Below, in pieces: positions 9,687-19,608 of a DNA stretch of 46,024 nt. The notes under the pieces are model-generated. The model was not told where the DNA came from. It ran no database searches and worked only from the letters and a program-made list of their open reading frames with translations. A program made the translations under genes and the position numbers. How positions within the stretch are numbered: position 1 is the stretch's first letter; the number at the start of each line of letters is the position of its first letter. The DNA lies in IMG/VR virus record IMGVR_UViG_3300032237_000164, positions 1 through 46,024 of that record; one strand, written 5' to 3'. Source of the stretch: a virus. Its lineage: Duplodnaviria > Caudoviricetes.

Positions 9687-10409
9687 TTATGACTTTCCGC
9701 CCATGCACATCATTTTGCCTTTAGTCTTGCCTTTTTGGGCAATACCATCAGCACGTGCAGAAGCTGAACCACCTTTAGCCATTTTAGTAGCGCCAAATGA
9801 TTTTGGGCCTACTGTAGCCATTTGAGCATCGCCCAAATTTTTACCTTTAGTATGACCGCGTTTTTGAACTGCAGATTCGCCAAACTTAAGTAATTTGTTT
9901 GAGCCTTTTTCTACGTCTTGAGACATATTACGTGGACCCATAGTTTCTTTCATAGCCATACCGCCTTTTGCCATCTTTTTCATAGCCATACCACCTTTTC
10001 TAAGTTTAGACAAGTCGGTACCTTTACCGCCTTTATGTTCTTGTTTATCGTGCATTTTAAATGCTTTTTTGACGATGGCTTTATCTTGTTTGATATCAGC
10101 CTTCATATCTTCCTTCATGTCGCTTTTAGCCATACCGCCCTCTTTCTTTCCAATGTATTTGTTTAAATTAACGTTAGGTACTTCTTTTTGTTCTCCGTAA
10201 ATACTACCTGCACGAGTCCCTTGCTTATTAATTTGGCCTTTACCGCCTTTAGTAATACCAACACCACCACCCAAACCAAATTTACGACCTTTGTCAGCTT
10301 TTAAAAACTCTTCGCCAACAGATGATTTAATTCCAACTTTCTTAGCAAACGCAGGATTCTTAGCTATTGCTGCCATAAAATTGTGTTGCTTTTTGGATAC
10401 GCTAGGCAT
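9687..10409 (-). CDS. Lys/Met/Gly-rich basic protein (candidate internal head protein)
   Basis: MPSVSKKQHNFMAA...; repeated MAKGG motifs. Confidence 0.7.
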   Translation of the reverse strand: MPSVSKKQHNFMAAIAKNPAFAKKVGIKSSVGEEFLKADKGRKFGLGGGVGITKGGKGQINKQGTRAGSIYGEQKEVPNVNLNKYIGKKEGGMAKSDMKEDMKADIKQDKAIVKKAFKMHDKQEHKGGKGTDLSKLRKGGMAMKKMAKGGMAMKETMGPRNMSQDVEKGSNKLLKFGESAVQKRGHTKGKNLGDAQMATVGPKSFGATKMAKGGSASARADGIAQKGKTKGKMMCMGGKS

Positions 10410-10669
10410 TATTTCCAAGCCCTATCTAAAGCCCAAACAATAACACCACCAATTAAACCAGCGGCTACAGTAAAAATTGTATGCCAAGTTTTTTTACTAG
10501 CTTGGGCCTCTGATAATAGACGTTGGATTTCAGCCAAGCATTTCTTAACTTCTTCCATATCTTGTACAAGTTTGTCCATATCGGCCTGTAAATGCTTAAT
10601 ATCGTTAGCATGGGTAGCTAATTCTCTTGCGGTTACAATTTCTGGGTCGTTAATCTGCAGTTCCATCAT
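10409..10669 (-). CDS. coiled-coil protein with C-terminal transmembrane segment
   Basis: heptad pattern, then IFTVAAGLIGGVIVWAL. Confidence 0.6.
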   Translation of the reverse strand: MMELQINDPEIVTARELATHANDIKHLQADMDKLVQDMEEVKKCLAEIQRLLSEAQASKKTWHTIFTVAAGLIGGVIVWALDRAWK

Positions 10670-10932
10670 TTTGTCCCACACTTCCATCGTCTTAAGCTAG
10701 CCGCTTTACGAGTAGGCTTACCATTCTCATCTTTCATAGGGCCAGGCATACCAGACATTCTAGCGCAGAAAGATTTCTTACGTGGGCCACCTTCTGGCTG
10801 CGGAGCCTTTAGATTCGAGCCAGTAGCCGCATTATACTTAGCACGGCCTTTGGCGGTAAGCCCAGCGCCCTTAGATACAGGCAACTTTTCACCACGGCCA
10901 ATCGCAAGAGAAGGACCCTTTTTCTTAGCCAT
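10666..10932 (-). CDS. basic hypothetical protein
   Basis: start placed at MAKKKGP; RKKSFCARM...SLRRWKC. Confidence 0.65.
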   Translation of the reverse strand: MAKKKGPSLAIGRGEKLPVSKGAGLTAKGRAKYNAATGSNLKAPQPEGGPRKKSFCARMSGMPGPMKDENGKPTRKAASLRRWKCGTK

Positions 10933-11206
10933 AAAATACTGTAATTTTAACGCTAGACGGTAAACTAACATATACGCCGTTATCAAATTTAATGCCTTCA
11001 CCGGGTATTAATGTAGATATAATTGCAGTATTTGTTGTTGTATCTATAGACAAACGAGTTGTTCCAGACCCTGCGGAAGCATTGTCATAAAAATCAATTT
11101 GCCCAGCAGCGCCCGGAGCTATTTGGTAGCCTTTAACTCTACATGGTCCAGCAAATACAACTCCGCTAGTGTTTAAATGCGTGGATTTTACATCAGTTTG
11201 CATCAT
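10925..11206 (-). CDS. small virion protein
   Basis: MMQTDVKS...IPGEGIKF...ITVFYG; AGGAG RBS. Confidence 0.65.
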   Translation of the reverse strand: MMQTDVKSTHLNTSGVVFAGPCRVKGYQIAPGAAGQIDFYDNASAGSGTTRLSIDTTTNTAIISTLIPGEGIKFDNGVYVSLPSSVKITVFYG

Positions 11207-11273
11207 AATTAATCTCCTAAAGATTTAATTGGAGGCGGCCGAGAATCCCCAGCCCAAACCCCCTAAAGATTAA

Positions 11274-11774
11274 TTAAACGTTTTCTTCGCCAAATGAAGG
11301 GTCAGTAACATAGTAACGAATAGAACCAGATACAGTACCAGATGAAACACCGTTAGCTTTAGTTGTAACTACAACCAAGTTAGTTGCATTGGCTACGTTA
11401 CCTAAAGATGCACCGCCATTTGTACCACCTACACCAACTGCTACACGAGTAGCGGTAGATGCGTTAGCCAAGAAAGCTTGTGGTACGTTTGTGCCAAGGG
11501 TAGTTGTTTGGCCAGCGCCTACACCAATTAATGGGGTAAACCCTAAGTCAATATTGCCAGTGCCTGTTGCATTAATAGAAATGCTTGTTACTGTTGCGCC
11601 AGCTGGAAGAATAACAGCTACGTTAGCTTGAGAAGATGCTACAGATACGTTTGAAGTAGCTGCAACGTTTGCAATATAGAAAGGCAAAACCATTTCCATA
11701 GAGCCTGCGGATGCGGTGCGAGTTGTGTCGCCACCTGTTGAACGCCAAATTGACGAGGTAGTTGCGAGTGCCAT
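11274..11774 (-). CDS. virion structural protein downstream of major capsid
   Basis: 166 aa, A/T/S/G/V-rich; AGGA RBS. Confidence 0.65.
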   Translation of the reverse strand: MALATTSSIWRSTGGDTTRTASAGSMEMVLPFYIANVAATSNVSVASSQANVAVILPAGATVTSISINATGTGNIDLGFTPLIGVGAGQTTTLGTNVPQAFLANASTATRVAVGVGGTNGGASLGNVANATNLVVVTTKANGVSSGTVSGSIRYYVTDPSFGEENV

Positions 11775-11801
11775 AATAAATTGTCCTTACATACAAGATA
11801 A

Positions 11802-11855
11802 GTCTATCAATAGGTATGTCTTCTGCCAGATCAGTTTGATAGACCAAAACTCTGG
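11802..11855 (-). ncRNA. pseudoknotted RNA, Mu-gpT-DE-like motif
   Basis: Minus strand CCAGA..GUCUAUCAA-ACUGA-UCUGG-CAGAAGAC..UUGAUAGAC gives two crossing helices, directly downstream of a Mu gpT-like capsid gene. Confidence 0.65.
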
Positions 11856-11863
11856 TTTATTGA

Positions 11864-11891
11864 ATCTTACTACAAATACAAGGAAAAGCAA
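11864..11891 (-). promoter_or_regulatory. putative sigma70 promoter
   Basis: TTGCTT-16 bp-TAAGAT; predicted start just 5' of the pseudoknot. Confidence 0.45.
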
Positions 11892-11900
11892 GCAAACAAT

Positions 11901-11932
11901 AAAAGAAAAACCCCACCCGGTAAGGTGGGGTT
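11901..11932 (-). terminator. intrinsic terminator after major capsid gene
   Basis: AACCCCACC/GGTGGGGTT stem followed by TTTTTCTTTT on minus strand. Confidence 0.8.
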
Positions 11933-11956
11933 CGTCCACGGAAACAAGAGCCTTGT

Positions 11957-12871
11957 TTAGGCGCCTGCAGAGCCGTACATTCCGAGTGGATCGGACCAGC
12001 CGAAGCTGTAACGCTCACGAGACTTGTAACGAACGTTACCAGTATCAAAATCGCCGTCCATAGACTGGCTGAGCGGGGTACGAACGAAATGTTTCATACC
12101 ATTTGGAACATCAGTTGTCAAGAACCAAGCATTGGTGTCTGTCAAGAAGTGGTTAATTGTGTAACCTTCTGCAACAGAACCGTTGTTCTTGAGTGCGTTG
12201 ATGTCATTGTCGTTTGTACCAACACGTAATTCAGTTTCGAGCAAACGAGTTGCAACGAACTGGAGTGAAGGTGGAACGATCAATTTCTTAGGTTTAGCAG
12301 CGATCAACAGACCACGCTCATCAGTCCACAAGGAGATTTGAATTACAGCGGCTTCCAAAGAAGTCTCATTCAAGTCAGCTGGGGTTGATGGGATGTTGCT
12401 GTTAGTGCCACCAGAAACCAATGGGTGTGAAGCAGAAAACAATGGAACGCCATCACCACCATAATAAGCAGTAGAGTTGGTAAATCCGTTGTTAAGAACT
12501 GCAGCTGCTTTTACTTGCTTGGTGTAAGCCATAGCGCGAGCCAAAGCCTTAGTATAGCGAGCAGACAAAGAATCGTAGAGGTTATCTTCGATTGCTTCTT
12601 CAGTCAAGCTAAAGCCAAGGGCGATAGTTTCGTGGTTGTAGCGAGCAGTCCATGCTTCTTGTGCATTGTCATACGCGATGGCTGAGCCTTCGTTTTTGAC
12701 TGGTGCAGCGCTGAAGCCTGACAGTTTTGTTTCTTCTTCAAAAGAACGCTCAGAAGTCTCTGTTTCGTAGATTTCTTTGTGTTCTTCACCGTAGCGAGCG
12801 TACTCAAGTCCGAACAATGCGTTCAAGCCTGGGAGCAACTCTTTCAGTAGTTGTGCGCGTGAAATAGCCAT
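11957..12871 (-). CDS. major capsid protein (Mu gpT-like)
   Basis: MAISRAQLLKELLPGLNALFGLEY...DFDTGNVRYKSRERYSFGWSD; follows scaffold; strong RBS and terminator. Confidence 0.9.
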   Translation of the reverse strand: MAISRAQLLKELLPGLNALFGLEYARYGEEHKEIYETETSERSFEEETKLSGFSAAPVKNEGSAIAYDNAQEAWTARYNHETIALGFSLTEEAIEDNLYDSLSARYTKALARAMAYTKQVKAAAVLNNGFTNSTAYYGGDGVPLFSASHPLVSGGTNSNIPSTPADLNETSLEAAVIQISLWTDERGLLIAAKPKKLIVPPSLQFVATRLLETELRVGTNDNDINALKNNGSVAEGYTINHFLTDTNAWFLTTDVPNGMKHFVRTPLSQSMDGDFDTGNVRYKSRERYSFGWSDPLGMYGSAGA

Positions 12872-12881
12872 TTATAGCTCC

Positions 12882-13502
12882 TTAAGCTGTATAGTCAGTG
12901 CCGGTCAAGGCAGTTAACTGTGGATTGTTGATCTTAACGAGTACTTCTGGATAGAAGATCGTGCCGGTTGCATTGGCATATGCTGTATCGGGAACAACAG
13001 CTACTACACGGAAAGGCAACGATGTTAAGTTACCGTTTGCGTTTGCTGGCAATACGATAGCAGCTACTGAATCACCAGTGGTTGTAGAACCAGCAGTATA
13101 AGCAGTTTGAGCTACGTTACAACCAACGATAGTTGCATTTGCGCCTGTTACAACGCTTGTGTTACCTGTAGTTGTTACAGCTACTTTAAATTCAGCAGTT
13201 GGATCTACTACAACATAAGCGATTGGGTTTGTTACACCAGAGCCTGGATAGTATTGTGCTTGAACAGTTTGACCTGTAGAATTCACATACTGACAACCAA
13301 CAAAAGTACCAATAATAGTACCTGAAGTAGTTGCGCCAGACAAAGAGATTGTGCCCCCGTTGACTAATTTGACTGTATCGCCGTAAAAAATTGCGGTTCC
13401 TGTTGTAAGTGGATACTGAAGAGTAGCACCTGCATAAGGAATGCCGTCAAAACGGTTATAAGCCTTAAAGCCATAGGGAGAATTGATGGTTGGATAAGCC
13501 AT
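12882..13502 (-). CDS. putative capsid decoration/cement protein
   Basis: 206 aa, PYGFK...IFYGDTV...GTFVGCQY; immediately upstream of MCP. Confidence 0.55.
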   Translation of the reverse strand: MAYPTINSPYGFKAYNRFDGIPYAGATLQYPLTTGTAIFYGDTVKLVNGGTISLSGATTSGTIIGTFVGCQYVNSTGQTVQAQYYPGSGVTNPIAYVVVDPTAEFKVAVTTTGNTSVVTGANATIVGCNVAQTAYTAGSTTTGDSVAAIVLPANANGNLTSLPFRVVAVVPDTAYANATGTIFYPEVLVKINNPQLTALTGTDYTA

Positions 13503-13523
13503 TATAAAACTCCTAAATTAAAT

Positions 13524-13979
13524 TTAATTACCTTTACCAAAGGAACTTGAAGATTTCCGCTCTTGAAAGATTGGCATCCGTGGGTCACTTTGACGCATTA
13601 AATTATTGTCTACAGCATCCGTTTGGGCTTGCGTTTGCTTCTCGTAATGGGCATTACGTTGTTCAACAAACTCAATTGGAGTCTTGCAAAGCAATAATCC
13701 GCCGATCTCAATATTGTCTTTATAACGACTATTGGGGTCGACTAACAGTTGAAATTTTGGTTGTTCTTCAATCCTTACTGGCTCCCATCCTTCGCGCAAT
13801 TTAGCGGATAGGTTGCGTGGATCAGCTTGATTTAGGGTTGCGACACGAATCCAACGATAAGCAAAACCAGCCTCTTTGTCAGGCTCGGGGAGTAACTCAG
13901 CGGGTGCCCACTGTTTAGGGCGCTCTTGGGTTTCACGGCTTTCCAGCTCACGTTTAAGTCTATTTTTTACTTCAGCCAT
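13524..13979 (-). CDS. phage head-module protein
   Basis: start placed at MAEVK (GGAGG RBS); YRWIR...LREGWEPV...GGLLLCK. Confidence 0.7.
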   Translation of the reverse strand: MAEVKNRLKRELESRETQERPKQWAPAELLPEPDKEAGFAYRWIRVATLNQADPRNLSAKLREGWEPVRIEEQPKFQLLVDPNSRYKDNIEIGGLLLCKTPIEFVEQRNAHYEKQTQAQTDAVDNNLMRQSDPRMPIFQERKSSSSFGKGN

Positions 13980-14955
13980 TCTGGGCCTCCAGTTTTGTAA
14001 GTTCACGGGCGTACTGCTCAGGTGTTAATCCTAGTTTTTTAGCTAGGGCAACTTGCGTATTACTCAACCTAATTTTTTTAGGCGAAGTACTGCGCGATGC
14101 TGGCGCTACAACCGTACTTGCTTTAGGTTTTGAAGTTTTCTGTGGTTCTTCCGCCCTAACTTTTTCGGTCTCGGTATCTTGATCGTCTTCAAAATTCTCC
14201 GGAAACCTGCGACGCATTGTTTTATCAATAGTGTCGTAATACTCGTCCGAACCGACTGATACGCCGCTCCGTTTTAGCTTTTCATGCAATCCAAGAGCCA
14301 GAGAGGTCATTTCTTCGTCTTGACCAAACCACTCATTCCTTTGTTGCCAGTCGACAGCTTTATTATCGGGCCTAGGAACGGACTGCTGTTGATAGCTTTG
14401 TACATCATTTTCTTCTTCTTGTAAAGGTTTTTTGTAAATTGGGTTGTAATTGTCCAATTTATCAACCTTAATCTTAGCCATTGTGAGCTTTTCCTGCGCT
14501 TCAACCAGCTTTTCAGAATCCCCTGCGTCATAAGCGTCACGGTATTCTTTTTTAGCTGCATCAAGCTCTTGGACTGCTGACTGCTTGGCTACTCCAACAT
14601 ATTCTTCTTCGCCGCTATGAAGTTTAGATTTGAGTTGTTTATTTTCTTCGGCTAGTCTTGAAGCAATACGAACCGCTTCTTGACGTTCCCTATCTGCAGC
14701 TTCTTTAGCACGGCGTTCATCATGCCAAACCTTTTTCATCTTAATAAGCTTATCTTTGGCTTCTACGCTGTACTGATCTAATTCATCAGCATCTAGCTTT
14801 AGCTTTTTAACTTCTTCTTCAGATACGGGTTGGCGGTTACGATCCTTTGGTGGGGTGTCGTCTTCGATTTCAATTTCGATATCGGGTTCCTTTTCGATTT
14901 CCACCGTTATTTTGGTTTCTTTTTCGTCAGGAAATTCAAATACTTCTTGATCCAT
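13972..14955 (-). CDS. putative capsid scaffolding protein
   Basis: acidic coiled-coil; ends AKKLGLTPEQYA; between portal and MCP. Confidence 0.7.
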   Translation of the reverse strand: MDQEVFEFPDEKETKITVEIEKEPDIEIEIEDDTPPKDRNRQPVSEEEVKKLKLDADELDQYSVEAKDKLIKMKKVWHDERRAKEAADRERQEAVRIASRLAEENKQLKSKLHSGEEEYVGVAKQSAVQELDAAKKEYRDAYDAGDSEKLVEAQEKLTMAKIKVDKLDNYNPIYKKPLQEEENDVQSYQQQSVPRPDNKAVDWQQRNEWFGQDEEMTSLALGLHEKLKRSGVSVGSDEYYDTIDKTMRRRFPENFEDDQDTETEKVRAEEPQKTSKPKASTVVAPASRSTSPKKIRLSNTQVALAKKLGLTPEQYARELTKLEAQNG

Positions 14956-14965
14956 GAGCTACTCC

Positions 14966-15376
14966 TTAAATGAATTTACGTGAGATGCCGCGAGGATCTT
15001 GAACTACAGCCTCTACGGAGTCATCGTTGATAATTCTGAATTCACGACCATGAATAACTAGCCGTGTACCAGCGTTGGGACGGGTTAAAACAAAATCACC
15101 TGGTTTGCACCAAGGGCCAGTAGGGAATCTACTAGCGTCTTTAAAACAATCAGGACCCATAGCAACCACAAAAAGTACGGTTGTTAAAAGTTCATCATGT
15201 CTAAGTGTTTCGTCTGATTTAAGAATGCCGCTGTCATATTCCTTTTCTGCTTCTGGAATAGCACATAACATTCTGTATCCCGTTGGTTCTGGGAGTTGCT
15301 TTGCTTTGTCTTCTGCTGCTTTGTGCATTAATGCACTTAAATCTACTGCTTGTGATAAGTCTATAGAGCTATTCAT
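14966..15376 (-). CDS. groES: GroES/Cpn10-like co-chaperonin
   Basis: PTGYRML...SGIL...VVAMGP...GDFVL...GREFRIINDDSVEAVV. Confidence 0.85.
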   Translation of the reverse strand: MNSSIDLSQAVDLSALMHKAAEDKAKQLPEPTGYRMLCAIPEAEKEYDSGILKSDETLRHDELLTTVLFVVAMGPDCFKDASRFPTGPWCKPGDFVLTRPNAGTRLVIHGREFRIINDDSVEAVVQDPRGISRKFI

Positions 15377-15566
15377 CGTCAGAATGTTCCAAGTTTTTAC
15401 GTAGGTCTAATATGTTAAGACGTGCGGTTAGCAGACCCTGTATCTCTCCACACTTCTTTTGGTAATCGGCGTAGTCAGTTGCTGCACCTTTTCCTAGGGA
15501 TTCCTGTAGAATCTCCACCTTCTCATCTATTTGGCGTAATAGATGGTTCAGTCCTTTTTCAAGCAT
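15369..15566 (-). CDS. small helical hypothetical protein
   Basis: DYADYQKKCGEIQGL; coupled to portal stop. Confidence 0.7.
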   Translation of the reverse strand: MLEKGLNHLLRQIDEKVEILQESLGKGAATDYADYQKKCGEIQGLLTARLNILDLRKNLEHSDDE

Positions 15567-18055
15567 TATTCACCTTTCTTTTGGTTTCCTTGCTTACTTT
15601 GTTGTTCCATTTGCGCTTTTGTTTTACCAATATCCGCACCTAATTTCATGCCCTCTAAACGAGTCTTAGCGGCAAGCGTTGCTTTGTCGGCTTGTGATTT
15701 TGCTCCAACTTGCATAGCAGCAATTTCTTTTTGCGATGCAATGCGCATCTTTTCAATCTCAAGTTGATCGGCTTTACCTGCTGCGTCAGCGGCAAGCTTT
15801 TTCTGCTTGATTGCAATTTCTTGTTGCTTAAGTTGTAGCTCTTGTTGTTGCATTTGAACAATTGGATCGTTTTGTGCTTGTTGTGCCGCTTGAGCAGCTT
15901 GAGCAGTTTTATTAATTCCAAGTAACTTAACAGATGCATCAGCAGCCAAACGAGAAATTTGTAACTCTGCTTCTGGTGGTAATGCATAGTCTTCGTCTGC
16001 ATTGTCGTTGTATGGAATAGGTACGCCAATTGTTTCTTCCATCTGCTTGCGATACTCGTAACCTAAGTGCTCGTTAATATGCGCCATGAGTGCGGCTTGC
16101 ATAATCGGAGCTTGTGGATTACCTTGCAGTAAAGACTGAATCTTAGGATCATGCATAACAGCCATGTGGCACTTGATATGCGCTTCGTGGTCTTGCCCAA
16201 TAAATGCTTTGAGGGGTTTGCCCTTTAGAACACTCATGTTCTCCGTAATCGGGTCCTGCGGCTTTTGGTCGCCGTCCATTGGAACGAGTTTTGCCGCATT
16301 CTTAATCCCCAATACATCGAGCATCTGTCTGTGGAGAAGTGGGAGGTTGTAAAGCTGGGGTGCTTGTGCTGCCAACTGTAGTACCGCTTGGTACTGGACA
16401 ATCTTTTGCGCCATAGTCGCCGCATTTGGATCCGACACTGGAATGACTTCGCAATTGTCATAATCAGATTTCTTTGCCTTCGGCGACCCTTCAACGGGTT
16501 CATACGAATACTCATCTGGTGTGTACTCCGCAATAATTTTCTTTAGAAGCTTAAACTCTTGCTTCATAGAGTAGTGAATACGTGCTTGAATAGCAGACAT
16601 TACTTTTAACGTACGCTCTAAAATTGCCAAAGTTGTACCAACAGGAGCATTAGCGCTCATATCAGATACTTGCATATCGCTAGCAGAAGCAAACGATTTA
16701 CCTTCAGCAATAATCTTATCTAACAGACCCGCTAGAACCAATGAAGGTTCTTTATACGGGAGAGTCATTACGTTGTCTTTCATTGTTCCGCTTGGTACAT
16801 CTACGTCACGGAACTCACCTGGCGCTATCGGTGTGTCATCGCCTTTGACACGCAATCCACGGGTCTTAAAGCCACCTGGCAAGTTGCTAAGTGATCCAGC
16901 GTCAACCAATTGGCGGAGGATGGAAGTGCCTGATTTAGCAAATGCACCGATGAGATGAATAAGACCAAAGCAATAGAAGCCAAAGCCGGGTATGTAACCA
17001 TAGTGAACAAAGTGCTGACGTTTTTGATGAGTTTCATCTTCAGGGTCCCAATTTCGTCTAATCGCAAGGACGGTCATACTACCTTTTTCGATAGTCACTA
17101 CGTATGGCAATGCAATGCCTGTAGGTTCCCCGTCCTCATCCTTATGCTCGTAACCAGGTAAGTCTAAGTTAACGTGCATTTCAAGAACCTTAAAGCGATC
17201 ATCGCTTGTGGCTCTAAAGCCGAGTTTCTCGGCAATTTTCTTTTCTACTTCATCCAGAACATTATCTGGTGTGCCTAAGTCTACATCGCAATAAAAGCCG
17301 GACACTTGTAAGCGACGCAACTCGTTTTCTGTTTTACGCATTACGTGAGTAATACGCTCTGCTGATTCCAAGCTAGATGCGCCGTATGGTACCACAATGT
17401 CTTCTGCCGGTACAAACATCGACACTTGACGATCTAATGCTGGGTCAATATAAACTTTTTTAAACGCATTACCAGCTAAGCCCAAGCCCCATAACATACG
17501 CTCGTGTTCAGGGCGATACTCTTGCATACGGTCTGTTAATTGGTAGTTCATGTCATCTTGGACACGCTCAGCAGAATCTTTTTTCTCTGGAGTTTCTTTT
17601 CCGATGATTTGTGTCTTAACAGGACCCGCTGCAGGGAACGTTGCCATCATTGTTTCAGATTGAAACTTAACAAGGGCCTCACTTAAAATCGGGTGATACA
17701 CACCACAAGCACCTGGCCATGGCTCAACACGCTCTTCAATTTTCATTCCAAGCAGTTCTAAACCATCTACATAAGTTTGAATCCAATCTTTACGGCTAGC
17801 AACGTCTGAATCGTAGTCACCAAGTAAATCTCCAACAACTTGCGCTAGTTCACCAGAGTCCATGTACTCGGCTAGGTTTGCATCAAAGTCTTCGTCAGAA
17901 GGTTCTTTATCTTCTTTCTCTAGGTTTATTTCTAAACCATCTACGCCAATCTTGACCGCCTCTGGATCTTCAATCTCAATCTCAATGTCTGGCTGCTCTG
18001 CAGCTAAAGCATCTAAACCCTGAGGGGCTGCGTACAAACCTTTTTCAATTGCCAT
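15566..18055 (-). CDS. portal protein
   Basis: 829 aa directly after terminase; Gln-rich C-terminal coiled coil (P22-like barrel). Confidence 0.85.
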   Translation of the reverse strand: MAIEKGLYAAPQGLDALAAEQPDIEIEIEDPEAVKIGVDGLEINLEKEDKEPSDEDFDANLAEYMDSGELAQVVGDLLGDYDSDVASRKDWIQTYVDGLELLGMKIEERVEPWPGACGVYHPILSEALVKFQSETMMATFPAAGPVKTQIIGKETPEKKDSAERVQDDMNYQLTDRMQEYRPEHERMLWGLGLAGNAFKKVYIDPALDRQVSMFVPAEDIVVPYGASSLESAERITHVMRKTENELRRLQVSGFYCDVDLGTPDNVLDEVEKKIAEKLGFRATSDDRFKVLEMHVNLDLPGYEHKDEDGEPTGIALPYVVTIEKGSMTVLAIRRNWDPEDETHQKRQHFVHYGYIPGFGFYCFGLIHLIGAFAKSGTSILRQLVDAGSLSNLPGGFKTRGLRVKGDDTPIAPGEFRDVDVPSGTMKDNVMTLPYKEPSLVLAGLLDKIIAEGKSFASASDMQVSDMSANAPVGTTLAILERTLKVMSAIQARIHYSMKQEFKLLKKIIAEYTPDEYSYEPVEGSPKAKKSDYDNCEVIPVSDPNAATMAQKIVQYQAVLQLAAQAPQLYNLPLLHRQMLDVLGIKNAAKLVPMDGDQKPQDPITENMSVLKGKPLKAFIGQDHEAHIKCHMAVMHDPKIQSLLQGNPQAPIMQAALMAHINEHLGYEYRKQMEETIGVPIPYNDNADEDYALPPEAELQISRLAADASVKLLGINKTAQAAQAAQQAQNDPIVQMQQQELQLKQQEIAIKQKKLAADAAGKADQLEIEKMRIASQKEIAAMQVGAKSQADKATLAAKTRLEGMKLGADIGKTKAQMEQQSKQGNQKKGE

Positions 18056-18063
18056 AATTATCC

Positions 18064-19608
18064 CTAAACATTGTAGTAACCTCTGTTACGTCTGCTTTTA
18101 AATTCCAAGACTTCATCTTCTTCGTCAGATTGCAGTCTAATAAACCCACCTTTACGGTATCTCAACATTGCTTGACTCATTGAGTCAACTAAGTCATCAT
18201 GCTCTCCAGAAGGGAAACTTGCCACCTCTTCAACCAATTCTTCTGCCCAATGCGTATTTGGTACCCATACATGTCCAGATGCAAAAATATCCGCAACCGC
18301 ATTTAGTCTTGCAATTTTATCATTACCTCTGCTAGGAGTATACTCTTGGACCGGAATTCCCATAGCTCTTAGCTCAAAAACTAACGGAGCACCTGAAGCT
18401 TTAGCCTCTACGATGAGTGCATCAGGTTCCCATTCTTTGTACTCGTGATACGCCCGCTGTTTTAGTTCAGGAAACTCCATGCGTTGTTTAAAACAGTTTA
18501 GAAGTATGATGTTTGCTTGGTCACGCCCAGTAGAGTCGGGTTGATAAAACACTCCCCAAGTAGTACACGCACTATAGTCGCTGCGTTCTGTCTTTAAAAA
18601 TGCTGTATCCCAAGACTGAATGATAAATTCGCAATAAGGTGGGTCTTCTTTCTCCCAAATCTTCCACCATTCACGTTTTACGATGGCATTTACGTCCGAT
18701 GTTGGCTGCTGCATGTACTGCGCCATCCATTTTCCGTTAGGAAGTTCTTGATGTAGCGCTTCTAGCTCAAGTTTTGACCAAAATTCAGGCCAAAGTGGTC
18801 TTCCAGAGGGTAAAAGTGCAGGAAATTCAATGACTTCCCAATCTTCTCCGCTTCTTTGAGCTGCAGATTTTAATACTTGGCCCGTTAAATCCCGTTTTGA
18901 CCAGCGTGTCATCACAATTACAATAGCTCCGCCTGGTTGTAGACGCTGACGAGGGCCTGATGTGTACCATTCGTGGGTTTTATCGTAGACTTCTGGGTTT
19001 GTTTCGGCTATAGTAGCCTCTTGCTCAGAGTGGGGATCGTCAATGATGAGAAGATCAGCGCCTTTACCAGTAACAGCACCACCCACACCAATAGCAAAGT
19101 AATCGCCGCCTTTATTAGTAGCCCAACGACCTGCCGCTTTAGAGTCTGATTGGAGCGCAACATCTGGAAAAATGTCTTTATAGACGTCAGAATCGACAAG
19201 GTTACGTACCTTTCGACCAAAACCCACCGCAAGTTCAGCCGTGTGAGAAGTCTGGATAACCTTTTTCCCGGGAAACTTGCCCAAAAACCAAGCAGGCAGA
19301 AGATAGGAAGCAAACTCAGACTTAGTATGACGGGGAGGCATATTGATAATAAGTCTTTTACATTCTCCACGGGCTACCCTTTCAAAGGCTTGTGCCATTT
19401 TCACGTGATGTCGACCATGAATAAAGTTAGGCCATACGTAATTTACGTAGGTCATGAAGTCATCTTTAGCTTCTTCTTGGGCCTTGATGTCACTACGTTC
19501 TTCCAATAGTTTACCAATCTTCGCCCTAATTTCAGGAGGAAGCTTATCTTTGTTTTGTTGCAGTAGCTTTAGTTTGTCAGGGCTTATCAAAGTCTTCCAC
19601 CACTTCAC
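18064..19608 (-). CDS. terL: terminase large subunit
   Basis: MPPRHTKS Walker A, IIDDP Walker B, MTRW, nuclease SWDTA...HDDLVD. Confidence 0.95.
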   Translation of the reverse strand: MKWWKTLISPDKLKLLQQNKDKLPPEIRAKIGKLLEERSDIKAQEEAKDDFMTYVNYVWPNFIHGRHHVKMAQAFERVARGECKRLIINMPPRHTKSEFASYLLPAWFLGKFPGKKVIQTSHTAELAVGFGRKVRNLVDSDVYKDIFPDVALQSDSKAAGRWATNKGGDYFAIGVGGAVTGKGADLLIIDDPHSEQEATIAETNPEVYDKTHEWYTSGPRQRLQPGGAIVIVMTRWSKRDLTGQVLKSAAQRSGEDWEVIEFPALLPSGRPLWPEFWSKLELEALHQELPNGKWMAQYMQQPTSDVNAIVKREWWKIWEKEDPPYCEFIIQSWDTAFLKTERSDYSACTTWGVFYQPDSTGRDQANIILLNCFKQRMEFPELKQRAYHEYKEWEPDALIVEAKASGAPLVFELRAMGIPVQEYTPSRGNDKIARLNAVADIFASGHVWVPNTHWAEELVEEVASFPSGEHDDLVDSMSQAMLRYRKGGFIRLQSDEEDEVLEFKSRRNRGYYNV

